From NCBI GenBank assembly GCA_951406725.2, contig OX597817.1, forward strand, positions 170,562,001 through 170,626,000: a DNA stretch of 64,000 bases. Reading direction: 5' to 3'. The stretch comes from Octopus vulgaris (Eukaryota). Below the pieces are notes generated by a model. The model searched no databases, had not been told where the DNA came from, and was given only the letters and a program-made list of their open reading frames with translations. Position numbers and translations under genes: made by a program. Below, piece after piece: positions 53,567-64,000 of the stretch (within the stretch, counting starts at the first letter, position 1; the number at the start of each line of letters is the position of its first letter).

Positions 53567-54035
53567 AAACTCAAGACATAACAAAAAACACAACATTACA
53601 TATATATATATTTGTATATGTATATATAATGGGTGTGCAAATATGTATGTATGTTAGTATGTATGCATTCATATAAATATAAGTGTGTGTATATAGAGGC
53701 TGTTACTAGAATGGGAGTGTAAATTAGTGTGTGTGTTATTGTATGGTGGTGCATAGCAAGTTTGCTGCGTTAATGCAAGCAATGTATGTATGTATGTATG
53801 TGGTGGAATTCAAGTATGACTCATTTCGTAGTTGATGTACTTACCTCTGGAAGTACATTTAAATATACCCTACTGCAGAATTATATGTTTACATCATATG
53901 CTAATGTCAATATTTACACAAGCTACTTCTATTTAATAAGAATATATAAACACGGAATTGAGTGCATATATCTGCATATATATATAACAGGAAGCTTTAC
54001 GAAAATAAACAAAAGACGAAGGCAGGTGGAGTACA

Positions 54036-54045
54036 ATATATATAC

Positions 54046-54106
<61 letters not shown>

Positions 54107-54119
54107 CATATATATATAC

Positions 54120-54184
<65 letters not shown>

Positions 54185-54207
54185 CATGCATATATATATA
54201 TATATAC

Positions 54208-54251
<44 letters not shown>
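54036..54251. repeat. (TA)n microsatellite
   Basis: Direct. Confidence 0.95.
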
Positions 54252-54253
<2 letters not shown>

Positions 54254-54856
54254 TGCAATGCATATTAATGAATAATCCTTCATCACTGGAATTTGAATAA
54301 CAACAACGGAGAAGAGTTACATGTTGAAGTTGGGAAATTCTTGCATATTTTTGCTATTCAGCTAAGCAAATTGTATTTGTAAATTGCATGTTAGTCACTT
54401 TCTTTCCTGAAAATGCCAGCTGTTCAAGGTTGCCATTTAGATATTTCTAACAATAATTAGTATTGTAGCTAGAATTTGCACCGTTTGGGAGCCCTTGAGT
54501 TTTTCTTTCCTATTCAAAGGCATATAATATCTATTGAAAATGCTTAAACGAAAAGGTGGACAGACATACAGAGAAAATCTTTTATACTTTCTTTTATCTT
54601 TTACATGTTTCAGTCATTAGACTACGACCATACTGTGGCATTGCCTTGAAGAATTCTTTTGTTGAATGAATCAACACCAGTAATTAACATTTTTCTTTTT
54701 TTTGCTAAGCATGGTACTGATTCTGTCGGTCTTCTTTTGTCGAACCACTAGGTTGCTGGAATATAAACAAATACTGGTTGTCAAGCAATAATGGGGACAA
54801 ACGCAAACTTAAAGACACAATCACACACACACACCCATATATATATATATATATAT

Positions 54857-54893
<37 letters not shown>

Positions 54894-54904
54894 TATATAT
54901 ATAG

Positions 54905-55090
54905 AAAGAATTCACAAAAAGACAAAATACGAAGACAGGTGGTGTAGAAAACAAACAGATGTATTAGTATAACACTTGGGAAGTGAAAAAGTCTTTAACA
55001 TTTCGAGCCTGTGGTCTTCCACAGAAAGGAACACAGAAAGAAACAAGGAGAGAAAATAAAGAATGTGTGTAGTGGCTAGGGATCTATCAT
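54905..55090 (-). mobile_element. Diverged relative of 21973-22170, inserted in the TA tract of an old family A SINE (54590-55240)
   Basis: Colinear similarity; hammerhead motif decayed (CTGTGGAAGACCACAGGCTCGAAATGTT). Confidence 0.65.
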
Positions 55091-55897
55091 ATATATGACA
55101 GGCTCCTTTCAGTTTCCGTCTACCAAACCCACTCACAAGGCTTTGGTCAGCACAAGGCTATAGTAGAAGACACCCAAGGTGCCATGCATTGGGGCTGAAC
55201 CCAGAACCATGTGGTTGGGAAGCAAGCTTCTTATCACACCATTTTTACATTGACTATGCATGTGGCCGAGTGAGTAGTGAGTTGCACTCTTGATTGCAAG
55301 ATTGTGGTTTCAATTCCCACACTGGGCAACATGTTGTGTTCTTGAGCTAATCACTTCATTTCACATTGCTCCAGTCAACTCAGCTGAAAGTGGGTAGCCC
55401 TGTGATGAACTGGCTTTCTGTTCAGCGGGAATGTTTGCCTGCCTACCTAACTAGTGGGATAAAAAGGCAAAAGTAAAGTTACCTTCTTGAGTCATACCGG
55501 CCCATAGGGGCCAGATACCCAGTTCCATAATATATATTTTCCCCACCTGGATGAAACACTGGTCCATTGCAGGATTATTCATTTTTCTCAGCTGGTTGAA
55601 CTGGAGCAATATGAAATGAAGTGTCTTGCTCAAGGACACAATGTGTTGCCTGGTCCAGGAATCAAAACCACAACACCCTAACCACTAAGCCATGCACCTC
55701 CACATACTAACCAGTGTGGTGACATCATTCAAAAGCTATAACAATGTGAGGAAGCACATTGTGACCAGCAGTGTATAACAACATCCAATAGTCTTGTTCT
55801 TACAGTGATACAGTGATTTACTTCTAAGATGAGAAATATTGGCTGCAATATTCTGCAGTTATTTTTCTTGGTTTTCTGCTGGTCAGTTTGGGGCTAT

Positions 55898-56325
55898 ACT
55901 CTCTCTCTCTTTTACTTGTTTCAGTCATTTGACTGTGGCCATGCTGGAGCACCACCTTTAGTCGAGCAAATCGACCCCAGGACTTATTCTTTGTAAGCCT
56001 AGTACTTACTCTATCGGTCTCTTTCACTGAACCACTAAGTGATGGGGACATAAACACACCACCATCACAGACACACAAACATATACACACACGTACGTAT
56101 ATATATATATACATATATATATATATACATATACATATATATACATATATATACATATATATGATGGGCTTCTTTCAGTTTCCATCTACCAAATCCACTC
56201 ACAAGGCTTTGGTTGGCCCAAGGCTATAGTAGACGACACTTGCCCAAGGAGCCATGCAGTGGGACTGAACCTGGAACCATGTGGTTGGTAAGCAAGCTAC
56301 TTACCACACAGATACTCCTACACCT
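55898..56325 (-). mobile_element. SINE family A
   Basis: Reverse complement of 9083-9491 type. Confidence 0.88.
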
Positions 56326-56342
56326 ATTAAAGGATAGAAAGA

Positions 56343-56460
56343 CATTTACAGCACCTAGGTTTTCCAAGCAGTCGCCCATCTAAGTACTAACTAGGTTCAA
56401 CGTTGCTTAACTTCGGTGATCGGATGAGAACCGATGTTTTCAAAGTGATATGGCCGTAGA
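56343..56460 (-). pseudogene. 5S rRNA pseudogene (near full length)
   Basis: Minus strand TCTACGGCCATATCACTTTGAAAACATCGGTTCTCATCCGATCACCGAAGTTAAGCAACG...GTTAGTACTTAGATGGGCGACTGCTTGG...GTGCTGTA matches invertebrate 5S rRNA; solitary with several substitutions. Confidence 0.9.
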
Positions 56461-56580
56461 AGACACTTGCTGTAGCTGCCATGCAGTGGGACTGAACCTG
56501 AAACAACATGGTTTGGAAGTGAACTTCTTTAACTACACAGCTACACCTGCACAAAGCCTCACCTATACCATACTCATGAA

Positions 56581-56732
<152 letters not shown>

Positions 56733-57595
56733 GCCACACACATGTAGACTGCAGAATCAAAGAGCTGCATAAACATTTAACAAATTTGAGAGATGTCTTT
56801 TATATATTTTCAATTTACTTAGCTTTGCCATGAAAATCTCATAAAAAGAAATTTCATTTATCAAAGACCTTCTGAATTCTCTACATTTTAATCAAGAAGC
56901 TTAGATGGATAGCTTTTACACAATCTTCAACTGTGAAAACACTTCCTCCCTTCACTTTACAAATGGTCTGTTCTAGACAATTTAATAACCAAATATTGAG
57001 ACTCCAAGATATTTAGTAATATTGAAGGCATGCATCATGAATATTTATTTGTAAATACTAATCATAAAATAAATCAATACATTTTAGAATTATTTGAGTA
57101 AATATTACATTTACTGATATTAAATGTTGCATAAGAGATTTTTCAATTTTCTAGTTAAGTTTTACAGAAATTCTCTTGACAGTCACTAAAAACTCATAAA
57201 TAAGTATTTTGTACCCAGGAATTTGAAAACTGGTTCAATGAACAAATAAGATCAGTGTACAAATTGTGAGAATTAAAAAAACTTCTATTTCTGTATAAAT
57301 AAATATTTAGCATTTTAGTTTTAGAATATATATTTTTCCATTCTATGTGGGTTGACTAGATCTGCTGAATAAAAGGGTAGATTCACTGTCGATATTTAGA
57401 CTCAGCATTTTGCCTAGCATACTAACAATTCTGCCAGCTTGCCACCTTACTAATTAGAAATATTAACCAAATCTCCCTCAGATCAAGCCCTGCAGTCTTT
57501 AGAAAGGAAGACCATATTAAATGATATGAACTTCAATGCTTCCTGTTTGAAAAGACAATGAGATGGTCATGTTGAAACATCTGAGTCTTAGATCT

Positions 57596-57827
57596 ATTTC
57601 TTTATTACCCACAAGGGGCTAAATATAGAGGGGACAAACATGGACAGACATAGGTATTAAGTCGATTACATCGACCCCAGTGCTCAACTGGTACTTAATT
57701 TATCGACCCCGAAAGGATGAAAGGCAAAGTCGACCTCGGCGGAATTTGAACTCACAACGTAACGGCAGCCGAAATACCGCTAAGCATTTCGCCCGACGTG
57801 CTAACGTTTCTGCCAGCTCGCCGCCTT
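57596..57827 (-). mobile_element. SINE family B, young full-length copy
   Basis: 12-bp TSD AGTCTTAGATCT (57584-95, 57828-39); intact A/B boxes. Confidence 0.92.
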
Positions 57828-58559
57828 AGTCTTAGATCTGCTGTATCAGAGACTAACCATTAACACATCAATGACTCTAACTCCTCTCAGGTACTTAGTA
57901 AAATACTGTATTTTATATATCAGAGTATCTTCAATTTAGATTAATGTATTCAATTCATCTGTAATGTTTTCGAAAATCCGTGAATGTGTTGTTAACAAAA
58001 GATTTAATAACTTGAGGTGAATTAATGCTTTATAATACTTTACACATAAGCACATTAATAATACACTTGTATGAGTGTAATATGATACCAAAGGTGATAT
58101 ATCCAGCTTGTATCTTTACTTCTATATAATTTTGTAATAATAACATTCAGGTCCTGTCCTATTAGAAGCTTACATTCTTCTATTCATTTTCCAATTTGCA
58201 GACGTTGGTTGTTAACAAAAGGACCTCTGAACATTACACAATCTCATTTTCTTTTCCCTATAAATTTAAGGTGTGACAGCAGCTATGCTATAAATAAATT
58301 ATTATATCATAAAATGATGAATTGGTATTTCTTTGTCAGTATATATCATATTCCTCTTCAGTTTGTTAAGGAATGAGTTGTACCCATAGGTTTGTCATGT
58401 TTAGTATTGTTATTAGCAAGTAAGAGGTTTCGGCTTTATTTTCATTTTTATTGATGGGAAGTTGGGAGATTGGATAACAGTTGTCATCTGTTTTATACTT
58501 TTATGTCACTTTTGTTTCTACTTTTCTGAGTTAGTATGTATTTGATTTATTATTATCGA

Positions 58560-59170
58560 CAGAGAGCTGGCAGAATTGTTAGCACACTGGACAAAATGTT
58601 CCATGGCATTTCATCCATCTCTTTTACTCTTTTACTTGTTTCAGTCATTTGACTGCAGCCATGCTGGAGCACCGCCTTTAGTCGAGTGAGCAAATCGACT
58701 CCAGGACTTATTCTTTGTAAGCCTAGTACTTATTTTATCAGTTTCTTTTGCCAAACCGCTAAGTTATGGGGACATAAGCACACCACCATCAGTTGTCAAG
58801 TGATGTTGGGGGGACAGACACAGACACACAAACACACACACACATACACATATATATATACATATATACGATGGGCTTCTTTCAGTTTCCATCTACCAAA
58901 TCCACTCACAAGGCTTTGGTCGGCCTGAGTCTATAGAAGGAGACACTTGCCCAAGGTGCCACGCAGTGGGACTGAATCCGGAATCATGTGGTTGGTAAGC
59001 AAGCTCCTTACCACACAGCCAACTCTGAGTTCGAATTCCACTGAGATTGACTTTGCCTTCCATCCTTTTGGGGTCGATAACATAAGTACCAGTTGAGCAA
59101 CGGGGTTGATGTAATCGATTTATCCTCTTACCTGAAATTGCTGGCCTTGTGCCAAAATTTGAAACCTTTG
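58560..59170. mobile_element. Family B SINE (+) split by family A SINE (-, ~58618-59020)
   Basis: B head 58560-58618, B body resumes CTCTGAGTTCG at ~59023. Confidence 0.75.
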
Positions 59171-60215
59171 TTATTGGTGGAGAGCTGGCAAAATTGTCCA
59201 CCTGTTGATATTGAGCCTCTTTAGAGGCTCGACATTTTGAGATCAGTCTTCACCACTTTGTCCCATATCTTGTTACATCTGCCTCTTCTACATGTTTGTT
59301 CCTCCCATATGTAGTGGCCAGCACTTCTTTATATATCTGTCCTCATCCATCCATATAATATAAAGTAGGCTCCCAAACAGTTTCTTTCTATCAGATTCAC
59401 TCAAACAGTATTCATTAATCTGGAGTTATAGTAGAAGATACTTGCCCAAGGTGCTGTGCAGTGGTACTGAACCCAAAACCACATGGTTGCAAAGTGAACT
59501 TCTTAACCACACAGCCACGCCTGCAGCCTTATAAAATATATTTAAATACAAAATATATTTTCATCAGGAATGAAACACCAACTGATTTGCAGATTAAGAT
59601 AAACTGCAAAGAATACCATTAAATCCAAAATGAAAATATGGACACTGGACATAAATTTTTCCACAGCCATTTGCTTGAGGAAATCAGAAGGACAAGCTGG
59701 GGATGTGAAGACAATAAATATTCTTGTCTATAGAATATTCACAAGTTGTTAACTTTATTCCAATGATGGAATTTATCTATAGCTACTTCATCACTCTCTC
59801 TGGCGCCAACACACAAAGACTTGTGAAAAATGCTGAAATTAAATAATCAGAAGGCATTAAGCTTTATGGCAAATTCAATATTGATTTTAGTTCCAGGAAC
59901 AAGAAGATGGAGATTGTTCTGTTGTTCAAGAATTTCTCTTAAGTAGGAAAGAAATTATCAAATAGAAAAGGTTCAGGAAAAAAAAGTGTGATGAATGAAA
60001 AAATACTTACTCTATGAATGGAGGAAGGAATTTGTCTTAAATTCTGGCTCTTTCTATTTTAGATGAGAACATTAAACAATTAACAAAATTATAAATATAC
60101 TGAGCATAAGTTGTTCGATTAAGAAATTCATTTCCTTACTATGACGTTTCAAGTTCAAGCCCACTGTATAGCACTTGTGTACATGCCTCCTACTAAAGGA
60201 AACTGAATAAAGCCT

Positions 60216-60255
<40 letters not shown>

Positions 60256-60337
60256 AGGGAATATTATTCTAACTTACAGGAAAAAATTCAATTTAGAAAT
60301 ACTAAATCAAATTTCACAAAATATTATATATATATAT

Positions 60338-60639
60338 AATAAATTAGAAAAAAACACCTTTTATCAATTCAAAATGAACAATTAAATTACACCATCTAGA
60401 AAATTACTTATAATAGAAACATTAAATATAAAATAACAATAATATTCCAATGATTAAGTAATGTGCAAAATAATAAATAAACATATATACTTGGGATATA
60501 TTTACGTTTTATTTATTATTTTGCACATTAATCATTGGAATATTATTGTTATTTTATATTTAATATTTCTATTATATGTAATTTTCTAGATGGTGTAATT
60601 TAATTGTTTATTTTGAATTGATAAAAGGATTTTTTTCTA

Positions 60640-60645
<6 letters not shown>
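60338..60645. repeat. AT-rich fold-back, ~140-bp arms, ~25-bp spacer, in (TA)n
   Basis: 60338-60481 is the reverse complement of 60507-60645. Confidence 0.9.
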
Positions 60646-60671
<26 letters not shown>

Positions 60672-60675
<4 letters not shown>

Positions 60676-62358
60676 TGCAAAGTCCCCTCTCGTCCCAAGG
60701 TGGTGGAACAATGTAGTTGACAGGGCCATAAAGGAAAAGAAACAGGGATGGAAGGACTGGAAGAACAGTGGTAGCAGGGAATTGTATCAGATTGCCAGAA
60801 GGGAAGCCAGGAGACAGATTTACTTAGCCAGAGAGGAAGGAGATAAGAAAAAATTTGCCAATGTTCTGTGTAGTGAGGACCAAAGACTTGAAGTGATTTG
60901 TGTTGCAAAACAGTGTGTGAGAGAGAATCGTGATGTCTTAGGAGAGAAATGTGTTTGCATGGATGATGGCTCACTTGCATTTAATGAGGCTGCAAGGAGA
61001 GAGACTTAGAGATGCCACTATGAAAGGTTGCTAAATGAAGAGAATGAGTGGGAGAATGAGAGTCTGCCATATGTCAATCCAACAGAGGGACCAGCTATCC
61101 AAATTGACAGTACCTTGGTAGATAAAGCAATTAAGAGTATGAAGACAGGGAAAGTCCCTGGCCCATCAGGAATCACGGCAGAGATGCTTAAAATATCTGG
61201 CTGTGTTGGCCATAGCCTAGTCACCTGTATAGTTAACCAGGTGATACATGAAGAAGTCATACCCAATGACTGGTGTAGTAGCACCACAGTCAACTGCTAC
61301 AAAGGTAAAGGTGATGGATTAGATATGAATAATTACAGAGGTATCAAGTTGCTGGATCAGGTAATGAAAGTCACAGAGAGGGTCATAGCCCAACTAATTA
61401 TGGATAGAGTCAGTCTAGATGAGATGCAGTTTGGGTTTGTACCAGGGAAAAGCACCACTGATGCTATATTTCTAGTAAGACAGCTGCATGAGAAATATTT
61501 AGCCAAAGATAAACCTCTGTACCTGGCTTTCGTTGACACGGAGAAAGCCTTTGACAGGAGCCACTGATCCCTTATCTGGTGGTCAATGCAGAAAGTAGGG
61601 ATAGATGAGTGGTTAGTGAGAGCTGTACAAGCCATGTACAAGGATGCTGTCAGTAAGGTGAAGGTTGGCAACCCTTCAGGTAGATGGCCCTGCTCAATCT
61701 GTAGAAAAGGTGTATGTAGAAACTCCATAAGATGTACTCAGTGTAAGCTATGGACACATAAGAAGTGCAGCAATATCAAAAGAAGGCTAACTGGGAAGAT
61801 ATTTTATGTATGTGGCAAATGCTCAGGTGCTATAAACACAGAAAATGTGCAGAGAACAGCTTCTGTCACATTCCAGGGAGAAAAACTAGAAGTAGTTGAT
61901 AGCTTCTGTTACCTAGGGGACCAAGTCAGTAGCAGGGGTGGATGCTCTGAGAGTGTAGCTGCTAGAATAAGAATAGCCTGGGCAAAGTTCAGAGAGCTCC
62001 TGCCTCTGTTGGTGACAAAGGGCCTCTTGCTCAGAGTAAAAGGTAGCCTGTATGGTGCATGTGTGTGAACAGCTATGCTACATTGCAGTGAAACATGGGC
62101 CATGACTGCTGAGGACACGTGTAAGCTTGCAAGGAATGAAGCTAGTATGCTCCGCTGGATGTGTAATATCAGTGTGCATATACAACAGAATGTAAGTGCC
62201 CTGAGAGAAAAGTTGGACATAAGAAGCATCAGATGTAGTGTGCAAGAGAGAAAACTGTACTGGTATGTTCATGTGTTGCATATGGATGAGGACAGCTGTG
62301 TGAAAAAGTGTCACACGCTAGCAGCAGAGGGAACCTGTGGAAGAAGTTGACCCAGGAA
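60672..62358 (+). mobile_element. Decayed RTE/RTE-X-type LINE: reverse transcriptase with internal deletion and PHD-like zinc finger
   Basis: WWNN motif, KTGKVPGPSGITAEMLK, YKGKGD..NNYRGIKLL, QFGFVPGKSTTDAIF, AFVDTEKAFD, LEVVDSFCYLGD, ARIRIAWAKF, SETWAM; stops and frameshifts. Confidence 0.92.
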
Positions 62359-62698
62359 GTGCATATTCAGGAAAAAAAAAAATTCTAGTGCATTAAAACT
62401 TGCAAGAGGTCTAACTTTCCATATAGGACCTGGTGTGACATTTTGAAACATTTTGTTTTGATAAAAAGCATGTTTTATACACCAACAAAGCAATTCTACT
62501 GTGAAGGAAAGGAAGAGAAATCAACATTTTAAATAGTTGTATATCATCAAAAGAGAAAAGAGAAAGGTAGAAGTAAAGAGTTGGCAGGAAAAAGAAGCAA
62601 TTTTGAATCAGAGATGAACATGATAGACTAGAAGATAGGAAATGAGTAGAGTAGAGTTGAGTTGGTGTTGTTCTCCAGCAGAGAAGAGTGAGTGTGCA

Positions 62699-62929
62699 TT
62701 AACCATTTCACATTTAAACTGATCATATCTGGCTCAAATATTCTGCCTGTTTTATGTTAAAACTGGCCAGATCCGGCCACTCACACCTGCCCTACATGGA
62801 CACTCTGAAACTAGCAATCGTAGAAATCATTGAAAACACAAAGCTACAACATAATGCATGATATATTCAAAATTATGTAACTAAATAAGCATTGCCTTTG
62901 ACCAAGTCATCTGAATGTAAAAAGGTTAA
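62699..62929. mobile_element. TTAA-flanked piggyBac-type MITE (old)
   Basis: TTAACCATTT...AAAAGGTTAA; inverted relative of 11747-12420. Confidence 0.6.
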
Positions 62930-63169
62930 GGAAAACGTGATGAGCAAAAGCAAGTGTTTTGAAGTATGAGTGAAAAAGTTTATGTATGCTTGTTGAGTGC
63001 CATGTCCTTTGCTTTGACTGTCTCCCAGAGCTTTACTTTCTAAAATAAAGATGTAAAAAATTGGAGTAGAGGAGAGGGATATAAAATGGCATAAAATAAA
63101 GAGTTAAATAAAGGTGAAGGAAGAAAGGAACCAAGAAACATAATCTATCTTCTGTCTTTTATTTGCTTC

Positions 63170-63610
63170 TGTAACAGGATCTGGAATCGGTGTCACTGGA
63201 GGGGTGTCCGATCCGATCCGATCCCATCACATACAATATAGTTAAATATAACAGACGAAGTCAGGTTATCTGGGAAAGACAGCAAATGTTGTTTTATTAC
63301 TCATGATGGTGTTGATCTGGTGTGCCTATTTCTGAGGGGGGACCGACAGTGCCGTTTCTGTTGTACTGCTTCTTGTTGGTTGATCGAAGTGATTCGATGT
63401 GGTCCGCTGCTAAGTCGGTGCGTAGTCCTCAGAGACTGCCAATACATGTCTGTACACGAAGGCTGCAAGGGCCAGAGAGGCTGAGTGAGTGGACGGTGTT
63501 TTAGGGGTCAGTTTCCCCGCACATGCACATGGGGAAGACTTCCGGTGGCCACTCGGAAGTAGTCCCATTCTGCGCATGTGCGCTGAACCTTACACAGCAG
63601 CATCACTACA
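63170..63610 (-). mobile_element. Solo LTR (441 bp, Gypsy-like) inserted in a SINE
   Basis: TGTAAC...ACTACA termini, 4-bp TSD CTTC (63166-69, 63611-14), AATAAA on minus strand near 63295, GC-rich relative to flanks. Confidence 0.75.
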
Positions 63611-64000
63611 CTTCAGTTATTGAATTATGGCCATGTTTGAATGCCAGCTTGAAGTGTTTGGTTGAACAAATTGATACCAGTGCTCATTCACTTTTAAATC
63701 TGATACTTATTCTATTGGTCCCTTTTTTGCTCAATAAACACTCACAACACCCGGGCTGGGAATCGAAACCAAGATCCTGCGACCGCGAGTCAACTGCCCT
63801 AACCACTAGGCCATTGCGCCTACACACAGCCACTCCTGCACCTGGGTTTCCAAACAGTTTCTGTCTACCAAATTTACTCACAAGACCTTGGTCACCTAGC
63901 ACTATAGCAGAAGACACATGCCCAAGGTGCTACAGAGAAAGACAGAACCAGGAACCAAGTTATTACAAAGCAAGCTTCTTATCCCCATAGATATGCTGCA

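Larger units (their letters stand above)
52283..53601 (-). repeat. 492-bp tandem repeat, ~2.7 copies, one hammerhead per unit (retrozyme-like)
   Basis: Near-identical units at 492-bp spacing; (TA)n on both flanks. Confidence 0.95.

Noticed and set aside
52470-53657. Repeated 114-aa ORF MYRMQNFK...
   Set aside because: Non-ATG start, no recognisable domain, truncated in copy 3; recurs only because the DNA is repeated
56343-56460. Functional 5S rRNA gene
   Set aside because: Solitary, fused to a SINE, first base missing and several substitutions

Overview
AT-rich, repeat-dense eukaryotic non-coding DNA. The SINE families, RTE-X/Tx1/R4 LINE remnants, mollusc-type 5S copy and dense microsatellites suggest a mollusc, probably an octopus (inference). 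No host protein-coding exon can be called with confidence. Nearly all long ORFs in the track are microsatellite or SINE read-throughs; the only real coding remnants are decayed transposon ORFs (mariner, DUF4817-type Tc1/mariner, two RTE-clade LINEs, R4/Dong-like, Tx1-like, Penelope GIY-YIG). The main unexplained structure is a set of hammerhead ribozyme (HHR) motifs found by eye. A 492-bp tandem repeat (52.3-53.6 kb) carries one type I HHR per unit on the minus strand (two canonical, one mutated), the architecture of a retrozyme or ribozyme satellite. A ~314-bp near-perfect palindrome (42.1-42.4 kb) carries an HHR on each strand. Further intact, variant or decayed minimal HHRs lie at 8.8, 12.5, 13.0, 21.3, 22.1, 28.5/28.8, 44.0 and 44.4 kb, mostly in Penelope-like, often fold-back insertions in (TA)n tracts. 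Also present: a GC-rich RTE fragment resembling trematode elements, a SINE-5S rRNA chimera, a SINE pentamer within one TSD, a solo LTR and nested MITEs. Boundaries of SINEs and decayed elements are approximate.
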